A stretch of DNA of 64,000 nt from Chiloscyllium plagiosum (taxonomy: Eukaryota), in NCBI RefSeq assembly GCF_004010195.1, contig NC_057719.1, positions 5,389,029 through 5,453,028 of the forward strand, in the 5' to 3' direction. The translations under genes and the position numbers were made by a program. A model generated the notes under the pieces. The model worked only from the letters and a program-made list of their open reading frames with translations, was not told the DNA's origin and did not search any database. Every line of letters begins with the position of its first letter. Position 1 is the stretch's first letter. Shown here one piece after another: positions 39,359 to 50,522 of this stretch.

Positions 39359-39871
39359 TGAGAAAGTTTTAAGGTATGAGCAGGTAGGGAAAGAGTTAAT
39401 TTTTGGGTTGTGTGAGATAAATGCTCAGTTAGCATGACTTGAATCAGATAAGACCTTGCAGTAAACAATGAGGTGCTGGAGGCAAGCATTGGGGTTGAAA
39501 AGGTGAAAGAGCGTTCCTTATGTAAAGCCATTTAAAAAGGTGAAAAGCATTCATTATGTGAAGCCAGTTAACAAGTTTAAGAACATTCATTGTATAATGC
39601 CTGATGGCTTAATCATTACTGTTGATGCTCACTGATTGGGGACCGTTACAATCAATATAGATTTGCCTTATTTGGATGTTGTTTGCTGTAAGTGACTACA
39701 TAGTTCCTTAAGAATCTGTTGTTCGAGAGAAGACTGAGAACTCATGTCCCTGTGCACATCAGCGATCATTCTCTCTCCCTGCAGGGCCCAGAATAAAGAT
39801 GAAGGAGGTAAAGACATACTATGTCTCAGTGTTTGCTTCGACTGATATGGGGATAGGGAAACGGGACAACA
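39359..39871 (+). repeat. 5' LTR
   Basis: TG...CA ends, AATAAA at 39791, about 85-90% identical to the 3' LTR by eye. Confidence 0.92.
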
Positions 39872-40110
39872 ATATGGCGAACCAGGTAGGATCCAAATGA
39901 AGAGTTACGATCAGACGGTTTCAGTGATTGTCCGGAACACTGGTATCTCAAGACGGATGGGCTCACAAGATAAGATTTTAAACTTTTGGCTCCTCTCGAT
40001 ATTCCTATGTGTTGGAAACAGTCCCCTCGTTCAATCGCTCTCTATTCTACCGATCTTTTGAATGGTAATTAGTTCAGTTGAGAGACACAGTTTCATAAGC
40101 GTGCTGACAA

Positions 40111-40284
40111 GCAGAGGTTTGAGTCCTGTGGGCTGAATTGAGGTTCAATTCCTCTGCACTATATTGGGGTTCGAGTCCTCTGCATTTAATTGAGGTTAGA
40201 GTCCTCTGCGCGATATTGGGGTTCAAGTCCTCTGTGTTTAATTGAGATTCAAGCTGTCTGTGTTTGATTGGGGTTTAAGCTCCC
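40111..40284 (+). repeat. 26-bp tandem array (~7 units) of T-arm/B-box-like hairpins in the ERV leader
   Basis: Unit ATTGRGGTTCRAGTCCTCTGYNNNNN starting at 40137, 40163, 40189, 40215, 40241 and 40267, plus a partial first unit. Confidence 0.9.
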
Positions 40285-40602
40285 GTGAGGTGTAAAGTGA
40301 GAAAGGGATTAAAGTCCCCCAGTGGTGAAATTTGAGGCTCTGCGAGTCTTTGTTCAGGGGAAAGAGAGTGGCTTGGATTGCGGCACCACGTGGTCCGCTG
40401 AGAGGGCTTTCACTTTTCGTAAGTGTAATATCAGTGAGAGGATGCAAAAAAAAAGAAACGCTGAAATTAAGGTTGTACGAATACTTGGGTCAGAAAAGGC
40501 AGTTTCATTGTAAATTCTGCCATGCTGTGATTGAGTGATGTTTAAATGTTTTGGTTTGTTAAAATACTGGTTCAGAAAATCCCTTTAGGCCTTGTTTGAA
40601 TC

Positions 40603-41616
40603 ATAGAACATAGAAGAATACAGCGCAGTACAGGCCCTTCGGCCCTCGATGTTGCGCCGATCCAAGCCCACCTAACCTACACTAGCCCACTATCCTCCAT
40701 ATGCCTATCCAATGCCCGCTTAAATGCCCATAATGAGGGAGAGTCCACCACTGCTACTGGCAGGGCATTCCATGAACTCACGACTCGCTGAGTAAAGAAC
40801 CTACCCCTAACATCTGTCNNCCTAAACTGCACACAATATTCCAGATGCTGCCGTACCAGAGTCTTATACAACTGCATCATGACCTCAGGACTCCGGAACT
40901 CAATTCCTCTACCAATAAAAGCCAGTACGCCATATGCCTTCCTCACCGCACTATTTACCTGGGTGGCAACTTTCAGAGATCTGTGTACATGGACACCAAG
41001 ATCCCTCTGCTCATCCACACTACCAAGTATCCGACCATTAGCCCAGTACCCCATCTTTTTGTTATTCTTCCCAAAGTGAATCACCTCGCACTTAGCTACA
41101 TTGAATTCCATTTGCCACCTTTCTGCCCAGCTCTGCAGCTTCTCTATATCCTGCTGTAACCTGCCACATCCTTCCTCACTGTCACCAACTCCTCCGACTT
41201 TCGTATCATCCGCAAACTTTCTCACCCAACCTTCTAACCCCTCTTCCAGGTCATTTATAAAAATGACAAACAGCAATGGTCCCAAAACAGATCCTTGCGG
41301 AACACCGCTAGTGACGGCTCTCCAAGATGAACCTTTGCCATCAACTACTACCTTCTGTCTTCTTCCAGCCAGCCAATTCCTAGTCCAAACCTCCAACTCA
41401 CCCTCAATGCCATACCTCCGTATTTTTTGCAGTAGTCTACCATGGGGAACCTTATCAAACGCCTTACTAAAATCCATATACACCACATCTACTGCTTTCC
41501 CCTCGTCCACCTCCTTAGTCACCTTCTCAAAGAATTCAATAAGGTTTGTGAGGCACGACCTGCCCTTCACAAAACCATGCTGACTATCCTTGATCACATT
41601 ATTCCTATCCAGATGT
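40603..41616 (-). mobile_element. Young CR1 RT/3' fragment inserted in the ERV
   Basis: Stop-free 306-aa frame (QHGFVKGRSCLTNL..SGVPQGSVLGP..KFADDTK), collapsed at NN 40819-40820. Confidence 0.95.
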
Positions 41617-42780
41617 TCATAAATCAGGATCTCATTTTAATGCGTTTTGTGAGCTTTGTAATGGGGCAGATTTTGTTTTTACATTGAAATTGTACAACAG
41701 TATGTCCTGTTTAAAATGATCAAACTGGTAACCTTAAAATAAATTGATTTAGTGCCTTGAGCCCATGATTTGTTTGAAATTCTACAATGCCTGTTTATAA
41801 AAAAAACAGTTGGGTCAGTGGTCATGCTTTAGCCAGATGAGAGTATTGTATTAAAATATCTTTGCTGCTGCTGTGTTTTTAATGCAGAGTGTTCACAAAA
41901 GAATGCATTTTAACTTTGATGTTTTATTAAGATTTTAGAGAATATTAGAACTTGAGGCTGAACTGTTTCAGTTCTGTTAATTACTGTTAAGACTTCATTG
42001 GGTCCCCTTCATATTGCAAATTCAAAGAATGTTGATCTCTTCCAAAGTTGCTACTGTATTTCCGACTGTTTTATTTGGGAAGTTTCATTTGGAGAACATA
42101 TTCTAAAATACTCAGCATTTGTTTTGTTTCCTATGAATATTTAAGATTTAAATCTGAACTGAAACTGCCTCTTCAATTGCTAAAGCACAGGAAACATTTT
42201 GTTGTTTTCTTGCTGTTCTAGATTTTGGAAATACTTTTCTTGACAACTTTCACATTAGCCAAGACTCAGTTTGTTGAAGGAAAATAATTTTTGAATAACC
42301 TGAATGGGATCCTCCTAGGGTTTGATTTTCGGACCATTGATTGTTGTTTATAATTGACCGAATTGTTTATGCAGTACAATTTCAAAGGTTATGGATTATA
42401 TAAAACTTGTCAATGTCAGAAATAGTGAACAGAGAAACAGACTTCAAAATTACTGAGAATGTTGAAAAAAGCAGACACAATTTAGTATAGTTAAATGTGT
42501 GACTGTCTTCATACTGATAACCACCTTGGCAAGGAATGAATGAAAGAGGAAAGGACTTTCAGCAGCTAACAGTCTCTAGAGTTTCTCCATTCACAGGTAA
42601 AGCATGCCTTCGGTCCACGGCCTGCCCCCCTGCAACCTGATCCGACAGATTCAATCAGCTCCCCAGTCATGATCATGAAGAGTGAAGAAGCTAACAACAA
42701 TGAAGATGAAGTCCATATGTTTTTTGTCAGTGGACAGAAAAAAAGTGAGCTTTACCTTGTCTTTCGATCATTTAAGGGAT

Positions 42781-43315
42781 ATGAAGGTTTTCTGATCAAG
42801 CTTTGTTGGCTTTGTTACATTTAATATCGGAGTGGGAGCAGAAGCAGCAAAGAATGCCGAATTCACTTAGTCTGCTGCTGCAGCTGCTGCACTGCATGCT
42901 CAGATGTGTTGGTATCCTCTATCTGAAGCATCTCCGCAAGGGCGGATGTCTCGTCAGATTTGTTAAGTATTCAACTGCCCTTTTCTAAGAATTCAGATTT
43001 CTCTGTGGAGTGATGCAGAAGAATAGACTGGATTTTGTTTTCAGGTTGGACTTTACTAAAAGCAATCTTGGATAACTGGCTCGTTTCCACTCGACTTGGA
43101 GGGGGTGAACTGGTCACTAAGGACTGTGGGTTTAAGACCTTTACTGGTGAACTTTTTCCCACATGGGAGAATCCAAGAAATTCTATCTACTAAACAGCTT
43201 AGTAATTTTTGTTGTTATAATCATTGCATGTTGTGTATCAACAACTTGCTTAAATACTGGCTGTCAGAGTCTTATAAAAGCTGGTAGTGCCATCCAGGTG
43301 GTTATCATGAAATGA
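42781..43315 (+). pseudogene. env: Retroviral env transmembrane-subunit remnant
   Basis: Fusion-peptide-like [21 protein letters not shown] (42781 frame). ISD-like VMQKNRLDFV (43007). TM LVIFVVIIIACCVSTTC..CQSLIK ends in TGA directly before the PPT. Confidence 0.6.
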
Positions 43316-43328
43316 TAAAAGGAGGGAA

Positions 43329-43847
43329 TAAGAAAGTGTATCAGGTATGAGCAGGTAGGGAAAGAGTTACGTTTTGGGTTGCGTGAGACAAAGGTTCAGT
43401 GAGCATGACTTGGATCAGATAAGAACTTGCAGTAAACAATGAGGTGCTGGAGGCAAGGGTATTGGGTTGACGAAGTGAAAAAACATCCCTTATGTAAAGC
43501 CATTTAACAAGATGAAAAGCATTCACTATGTGAAGCCAATTAACAAGGTTAAGAACATTCACTGTATAATGCCAGATGGCTTAATCTTTACTGTTGATGC
43601 TCGTTGATTGTAACGGTTGCCCAATCAATATAGATGTTGCCTTATTTGGATGCTACCCCCTGTAAGTGACTAGATAATTCCTTTAGAATCTGCAGTTCAA
43701 GAGAACACCGAGAATTCATGTCTCTGTGCACATGAACAATCATTCTCTCTCTATCCAGGACCTGAATTAAAGATGAAGGAGGTAAAGCCTTACTGTGTCT
43801 CTGAGTGTTTGCTTCGAGTGATACGATGATAGGGAAATGGGACGACA
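43329..43847 (+). repeat. 3' LTR
   Basis: Direct repeat of 39359-39871, preceded by the PPT and followed by the CTAG TSD. Confidence 0.92.
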
Positions 43848-44502
43848 CTAGCATCTTCTGGGAATCTGTCCTGACGGTGAAGGGGATAAAGGATCTGTCA
43901 GCCCACTTTCCAAAGAACATGGCCTCGCTCTTGCCTTGATTTTTCTTGGCTCCCGAGGCAGTTCAAACTGGTTGCAGATGCTCATGAGTCTGTGCACTGA
44001 CAGCCAATCTGAGCAGAAAACAGCGATATCATCCATGTACAGGAAGGCTTTGGCCTGCAGGCCTCCGCTGCATGAAATAGTCACCCCTCTCAGGCTTGCA
44101 TCTTCCCTGAAGGACTCAGCAAAAGGCTCTATGTAACACACAAACAAGGCAGGAGATAGTGGGCAGCTCTGCCTGACTCCAGATCTGTTGGGGAAGCTTT
44201 CTGATTCCCATCCATTGATTGAAACTGGACTAACAATGTTCGTGTCAGAGCAGTCAGACCCTTCCCTCCCCAAAGCCCATTTTGGAGCGTATGTCCTACA
44301 TATAAGTGCGCAATATCCTGTGAAAGGCCTTCTCTTGGTCCAGACTGCTGAGGTAGGTATCCAACCCCTGTCCTGTACATAGGCGATCATATCCCGTGAG
44401 GAGTGCAAGGCTCTCAGTGATCATCCTGCCTGGTACAGTATAGGTTTGGTCAGGGTGAATCACCAAACCCAGGATTTGGAGGAGCTGGTGTTGGACTCGG
44501 GT

Positions 44503-45226
44503 GGACAAAGTTAAAAATCACAACACCAGGTTATACTCAACAGGCTTATTTGGAAGCACTAGCTTTAAGAGCAGTGCTCCTTCATCAGGTAGCTGTGAAA
44601 CAGGATCATAAGACACAGAATATATAGCAAAACATTACAGTGTCATGCAACTGAAACGATACATTGAACAAACCTAGATTGCTCTCAAGTCACACACTCT
44701 TACACACTCATACAGTCATGCAGACCCTCTCTCATACACACACACACTTTACCAAGCATGCACTCACACTCACATGCACTCACCCTCTCTCTCTCTTTCA
44801 TGCATGCACACACACATACAAGTCTATGGCGTGAACATAATGTAAGCAGAATTATATTTGCAGATACATTCTATTTTGCTCAAAAAGTGCACAATCTGCA
44901 GGCAGTCAATCCATGCAATATTTTATAAATTTCTATTTTAAAACTTGAATCAGTCTGCCTCGACAATGTGACTTGAAAGAAGTTCTGGGATTTACATATT
45001 AATGAACTGAAACCTGCAACCCATTGTAAAAGATGAAATACATAACACAGCAATCTAGGTTCGTTCAATATGTTGTTTTAGTTGCATAACACCTTTTGCT
45101 ATAAATTCTGTGTCTTATGATCCTGTTTCACAGTTAACTGATGAAGGTGCAGTGCTCTGAAAGCTAGTGCTTCCAAATAAACCTGTTGAACTATAACCTG
45201 GTGTTGTGTGATTTTTAACATTGTCC
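44503..45226. mobile_element. Penelope-derived element with ~180-bp inverted ends, each carrying a hammerhead motif
   Basis: 44503-44682 is the reverse complement of about 45049-45226. CTGATGA..GAAAGCTA at 45138 (+) and a degenerate copy at about 44560-44589 (-). CA-rich interior. Confidence 0.8.
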
Positions 45227-45454
45227 TCCAAACTCAGAGCAGACCTGACCCTGGAGACAGTAAAGTAGATTCCAAAATTCCTCCACGAGTGATACAGATG
45301 ACCTCTAGTACATTTTCAGCTCATATTGTTTGGTGACAGGACAGACTAAAGGGCTATTGCTGTTGGGGCAAGATATCTCAAAATCTCTTTAACTGGATTT
45401 AAAATTCAACAACATTATTCTATCTATGCCTGCTCTCGCTGAAAGTCTTGAACA

Positions 45455-45762
45455 CGCGCAGCGCGATGGCACTGCTGCCTCACAGCGCCAAGACCCGGGT
45501 TCAATTCCCGCCTCAGGCGACTGACTGTGTGGAGTTTGCACATTCTCCCCGTGTCTGTGTGGGTTTCCTCCGGGTGCTCCGGTTTCCTCCCACTATCCAA
45601 AGATGTGCAGGTCAGGTGAATTGGCCATGCTAAATTGCCCGTAGTGTTAGGTGAAGGGGTAAATGTAGGGGAATGGGTCTGGGTGGGTTGCGCTTCGCCG
45701 GATCGGTGTGGACTTGTTGGGCCGAAGGGCCTGTTTCCACACTGTAATTACTCTAATCTAAA
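45455..45762 (+). mobile_element. HE1-like V-SINE
   Basis: Near-consensus tRNA head, V-domain and TCTAATCTAAAA tail. Confidence 0.92.
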
Positions 45763-46049
45763 AAAAATTCAGTGCTTGATTTTAACTCCTGCTCTCTATA
45801 AATGCAACATTGTTCTATTGTATTCATTTTTGTTTGCAAATTGTTCATTGATATAAAAGTTCAAGATCCGTGCGACCATACTATGTTACCATAAATCAAC
45901 ATTTGGTTTACATTTTTTTGTAACATTAATTTAAAATAAACAAATTCTTACCTCTGATAGTTTCCCACGAAACTATGTTACTTCATTTATAAACTACCTT
46001 TAGGATGTGAGCACCAGTGGCAGGGGCTCCATTTGTTGCACCTCAAATA

Positions 46050-46267
46050 CAGGTTGTTTTGCTACAACATGCATTTCGCTAATGCGAATTCTCTGTAATG
46101 CGACTAATGAATTGAGGACACTTTCTAAAGCACGAACTTTTAAAGCGTGCTTTTGTTATATTGCGATTTCAGCCCGTTAGTTTAAATGGTGCTGCAATTA
46201 TTTGTGCTTTTCTTATAACATGGGATTGCATGAGAATGGAGCTACTGTGTTAGAGCAGAAACGATTG
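46050..46267. mobile_element. Non-autonomous Tc1/mariner-pogo-type MITE
   Basis: TA on both sides. Degenerate TIRs CAGGTTGTTTTGCTACAACA versus reverse complement CAATCGTTTCTGCTCTAACA. Confidence 0.6.
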
Positions 46268-46321
46268 TAGTTAACTTTGAGAGTAACATTTAGGTTTTAA
46301 ATTTTTGTTTGTACTTTTTAG

Positions 46322-46506
46322 GTGGTTTAAGTCTCTCTGTCACATTGCGAATCTTAAATCAGTCTGCAGGGGCTGCTCACAAGCTTCTTAATCGAAGAAA
46401 GCTCTCTTAACAGTCAACTCGAAATGCTTCAGCAGCTGCAGGGATTTCCTATTTCTGGATAGTTGTTTATTTTTGTTTGTACAACAGTTGGTTGAGTCAT
46501 TGCTGA
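46322..46506 (+). pseudogene. Candidate last coding exon with hydrophobic (GPI/TM-like) C-terminus
   Basis: Acceptor TTTTTGTTTGTACTTTTTAG|, phase 1. Reads (G)GLSLSVTLRILNQSAGAAHKLLNRRKLS*QSTRNASAAAGISYFWIVVYFCLYNSWLSHC*. Confidence 0.55.
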
Positions 46507-47059
46507 ACATCCTGTGAACCAACCATCTATTTTAATGTGGAAAATATCGTGTGTTCTGCTGAAGTCTGTTTAGTTCCTTCTCATCTTAATTAAACAACTT
46601 ATATGTGTTGCTCCCTAATCGTTGGACGGGTTGACAAGTATGAACATAACTCTTGGAAAAATGCGAGGGCAAATAAATTATATTTGGAAACTACTTCAAT
46701 CAGTGACTTCTATATTTTAATTTTTTGAGAAACCCATTTGAAGAGCAAATGTCTACAGTGATCAAGTGTAGAAAAATTGAGAAGTTTGCAAGAGAAAATA
46801 GCATTGTCCCAAATGTGGAAGAAATAAAAATTAATTGTGTAACAAAATCCAAAATTTACAGATTCTAGAGAAGAACAAATTAGAATATAGCATATATATC
46901 TATTCAAACATACACTCATCCATTCTACACACACAGATCACGATATTGCAATCACATAGTCTACATACATACACATATATATGTATAAAATATATCATCA
47001 AAATCATGTGAGGTCTTGACAGAGTATTCAGATATCAAGATGGAACCGAAACCGGACGA

Positions 47060-47636
47060 CTTCTTGCAAGCTCCCTACAGCAGATCTTGCTCAAACATTT
47101 CTTATAACCATTCTATACTTTTCAAATAATGATCTTGCTTTGCGCACCTGCTGTGCAATGTAACCTGTATGGTTCACTCTACGCAAGCGCCCTATGATCG
47201 GTGTGTCCTTGTTTACTCAGAGAGTAGTAATGGTATGGAATGCTTTGCCTGCAGCGGTGGTAGATTCGCCAAGTTTAAGTGCATTTAAGTCGTCATTGGA
47301 CAGGCATATGGACGTACATGGAATAGTGTAGGTTAGATGGGCTTCAGATTAGTATGACAGGGCGGTGCAACATCGAGGGCGAAGGGCCTGTACTGCACTG
47401 TAATGTTCTATGTTTACTATGATCGGCCTGTACTGCTTGCAAACAAAGCTTTTCACTGTACTTAGGTACACATGACAATAAATAAAATCAATAAATCAAA
47501 TCAAATCAAGGCCTGTACTGCACTGTAATGTTCTATGTTTACTATGATCGGCCTGTACTGCTTGCAAACAAAGCTTTTCACTGTACTTTACGTACACATG
47601 ACAATAAATAAAATCAATAAATCAAATCAAATCAAG
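47060..47636 (+). mobile_element. Rex1-type 3' tail with nested CR1 3' end (~47212-47410) and a 125-bp tandem duplication
   Basis: Tail GACAATAAATAAAATCAATAAATCAAATC resembles 18175. CR1 RVV.VWNALP motif. Unit repeated at 47385 and 47510. Confidence 0.75.
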
Positions 47637-48399
47637 TCCTCACTCATAGCAGGATTCAGAACAATGGGGTACAAGTTTAAAGTAGCTGGCAAAAGAAGGA
47701 AAAGCGAAACAAGAAATACTTTTGTCATAGTGAATGGTTAGGGTCTGGAATTCACGCTTGGTTCTGTGATATACATTACTCTTATATACTTGCATTCCAA
47801 CTGCATAAGTGCTCATACATAATCAAGCTTGCATATTTACATCTTTGCTCTCAAGCTTACATATGTGTGTGCTTTGCACTTATTAACAACACACAATATT
47901 TTGTCAAACACATGCACTCACATCCCGTATGCGCAAGCCCATTCATACTGACACACTTTGCACACATGCACTTATTTACAGATGCCAATGTACATTTGGA
48001 TATGCGCATTTGTGTTTACGTTTTTCACACTATCTCTCTTGAGCTTTCTTGTACGAAGCCATACGAGTACAATTCATTGCTACCTCTCTAAGTCACTGCC
48101 ACTCTTTCCCCAATGTCCACTGTAAGCTAGTGGGTTATCATTGTTCAATGTGGAACTATCATATATGGGAAAGCCTACAGGCATTATGTAACAACTCTTT
48201 TTATTCAATAGCAGCAATAGCTAACTAAAAGTAACAAACAAACTCCATTTGTCTCTTGGAACAGAAACAGACTGCTTGCCTTTTAAGTAACATCAATTTT
48301 GCAGTGAATGATCACTGCTGTTACCTGTCATATATTAGAACCAGGAGCCAATTAAGCCCTGTCTGGCTTGTAGCACCTAACACTACGGTGCTCCATCAT

Positions 48400-49400
48400 G
48401 CGGAAGGTGATGTTCCTCTGCTCAGTGCACTCATCACCCTCCTTTGAAAACTGCTCCTGCTCTACCAGCCTCCATTACATCCCCTTCCTTTGCCTGCCAA
48501 GCACTGCATGCTAGGATTATGCAACACACTTTTTATGTACTCGAATGTAAGCAGAATCTGATCAAAGCAGGGCTCTCACCTATTCCACTGTAGTTCCAAT
48601 CAATGAATGGGCTGCATTGTATTGACACACAGCCTCCACCAGTGGGTTCTGTAACAGACTCATCCGCCATGGTCACGGGAATAGCCCTTGTCCCCAAGTA
48701 ACTATCCTTACGAGGCATTTGGCCCCTCAAGAACAGCAGGAACATGACAGTTGTCAAGGAATTGATATCATGACAGCACCCAATATAACTAGCTCAAATT
48801 TCCAAGTTGCAGAACTGATGATCACAGATGAGGTGCACATTGATGGAATGGAATCCTCTCCTATTGATGAACTCAATATGATATTGGTCTCTATGTGACA
48901 CATATACAGTCTATCACGCCCTGTCCTGAGGGAAGCAAGCTATATTTCAAAGCCTACTGACTAAAGCACTGGGAAAATGAGATTATGGGTGTGGTCTGGC
49001 AAAAATGGCATTGGCAACAGGCATGATTAATTTGTTGGGGAACAATTGAGTGATCCCATACAGATCCCAACTGGTTCTTTGGAAGGAACCAGTTACATAA
49101 AAGATCAACATACCGGTCACCTTGACAGCAACTGGGATAGGATAGCTATCTACTCCTTCATGCCACAAGACAGATTCCATTCCCTAGTCTTGTTCTCTAT
49201 CAGGCATCTGTGACATGTATGGTCTACGCCAACATTATACCTTGTTTATCTGTGGAAATGGCAATTAAAATGAAAGATCCTGATCCTCCTGTACATTCTG
49301 TGTGGATCTTCAGCTGTGACCTCTTCATGTGGAAGCTGTTTAGTATCTGCTGGAGGTTGCTACTGGTCTGTTCTTGCTTGTGCATCTGTTCCTCCGCCGT
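48400..49400 (-). mobile_element. PIF/Harbinger transposase remnant
   Basis: PVAVKVT..LIFYVTGSFQ..DLYGITQ (48983-49180) and G*LLGDKGY (~48680-48708) match HARBI1-type transposases. Confidence 0.8.
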
Positions 49401-49574
49401 TCATCTTTGCCATAATTGCATTGCAACAACAGTGATGACAACCCTTGCTTTGGCTGGGTCTACCAGTTACACTTAAAATGAAGCTGAGTGAGGAACTTAA
49501 GACATAGAGGGGACCCTCAGAAATGTGAAGCATCCGTATGTGCATCACTTACAAATTGTGGTTTACTGTATTTA

Positions 49575-50522
49575 GGGCCACTGCCGTTTGTCATTTTTAT
49601 AAATGATCTGGGAGTGAGCGTAAAGGATGGGTTAGTAAATTTGCATATGACACTAAGGTAAGCAGAGTTGTGGATAGTGCTGAAGGATGTTGTGGGTTAC
49701 AGAGGGACATAGATAAGATGCAGAGCTGGGCTGAGAAGTGGCAAATGAAGTTTAATGTGGAAAAGTGTGAGGTAGCTCACTTCGGAAGAAATAACAGGAA
49801 TGCAGAGTACTGGGCTAATGGTGAAATTCTTGGCAGCGTAGATGAACATAGAGATCTCTGTGTCCAGGTGCATAAATCCCTGGAAGTTGCCACCCAGGTT
49901 GATAGGGTTGTTAAGAAGGCATATGGTGTGTTGGCACTTATTGGTAGGGGGATTGGGTTTCGGATCCACGAGGTCATGCTTCAGCTGTATAAGACACTGG
50001 TAAGGATGCACCTGGAGCATTGCGTACTGTTCTGGTCACTGCATTATACGAGGGATGTGTAAGCTTTAGAAAGGCTTCAGAGGAGATTTACTAGGATGTC
50101 GCCTGGTATGGAAGGAAGGTCTTATGAGGAAAGGCTGAGGGAACTAAGGCTGTTTTCATTGGAGAAAAAGGTTGAGAGGTGACTTAATCAAGAGGTATAA
50201 GATAATCTGGGGGTTAGATAGAGTGGACAGTGAGCCTTTTTCCTTGGGTGGTGAAGGCTAATACGAAGGGACATCGCTTTAAATTGAGGGGTGATAGATT
50301 TAGGACAGGTATCAGGGGTAAGTTCTTTACTATGAGAGTAGTAGGGGTGTGACCTGCATGCTCCAGTAGTAGACTCGCCAATGTTAAAGGCATTTAAATG
50401 GACACTGGATATAGATATGGATAATAATGGAACGGTGTAGGTTGGATGGGCATCAGATTAATTTCACAGATCGGCGCAACATTGAGGGACGAAGGACCTG
50501 TACTGCACTGTAACGTTCTATG
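49575..50522 (+). mobile_element. CR1 3' fragment
   Basis: GPL.FVIFINDL and WAEKWQMKFNVEKCEV motifs, TTCTATG tail. Confidence 0.92.

Larger units (their letters stand above)
39359..43847 (+). mobile_element. Non-autonomous class-I-like endogenous retrovirus (LTR, PBS, leader, env remnant, PPT, LTR)
   Basis: LTRs at 39359-39871 and 43329-43847. 4-bp TSD CTAG. PBS TGGCGAACCAGGTAGGAT at 39875. PPT AAAAGGAGGGAA at 43317-43328. env TM-like remnant. No recognisable pol. Confidence 0.88.
37915..45390 (-). mobile_element. Tx1/L1-clade LINE ORF2, split by an ERV and a Penelope element
   Basis: IHPDQTY.VPGR, SLDQEKAF, SGVRQSCPLSP, LYMDDI and WRTINSVKDAVWSA motifs. Segments at about 37915-39358, 43852-44500 and 45227-45390; the sequence is contiguous across the ERV. 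Confidence 0.88.

Noticed and set aside
40111..40284. CRISPR array or tRNA gene cluster
   Set aside because: Contiguous tandem units with no unique spacers, no cas genes, vertebrate DNA, and no cloverleaf or A-box.
40677..41597. 306-aa ORF as a functional gene
   Set aside because: 5'-truncated CR1 RT fragment, collapsed at NN.
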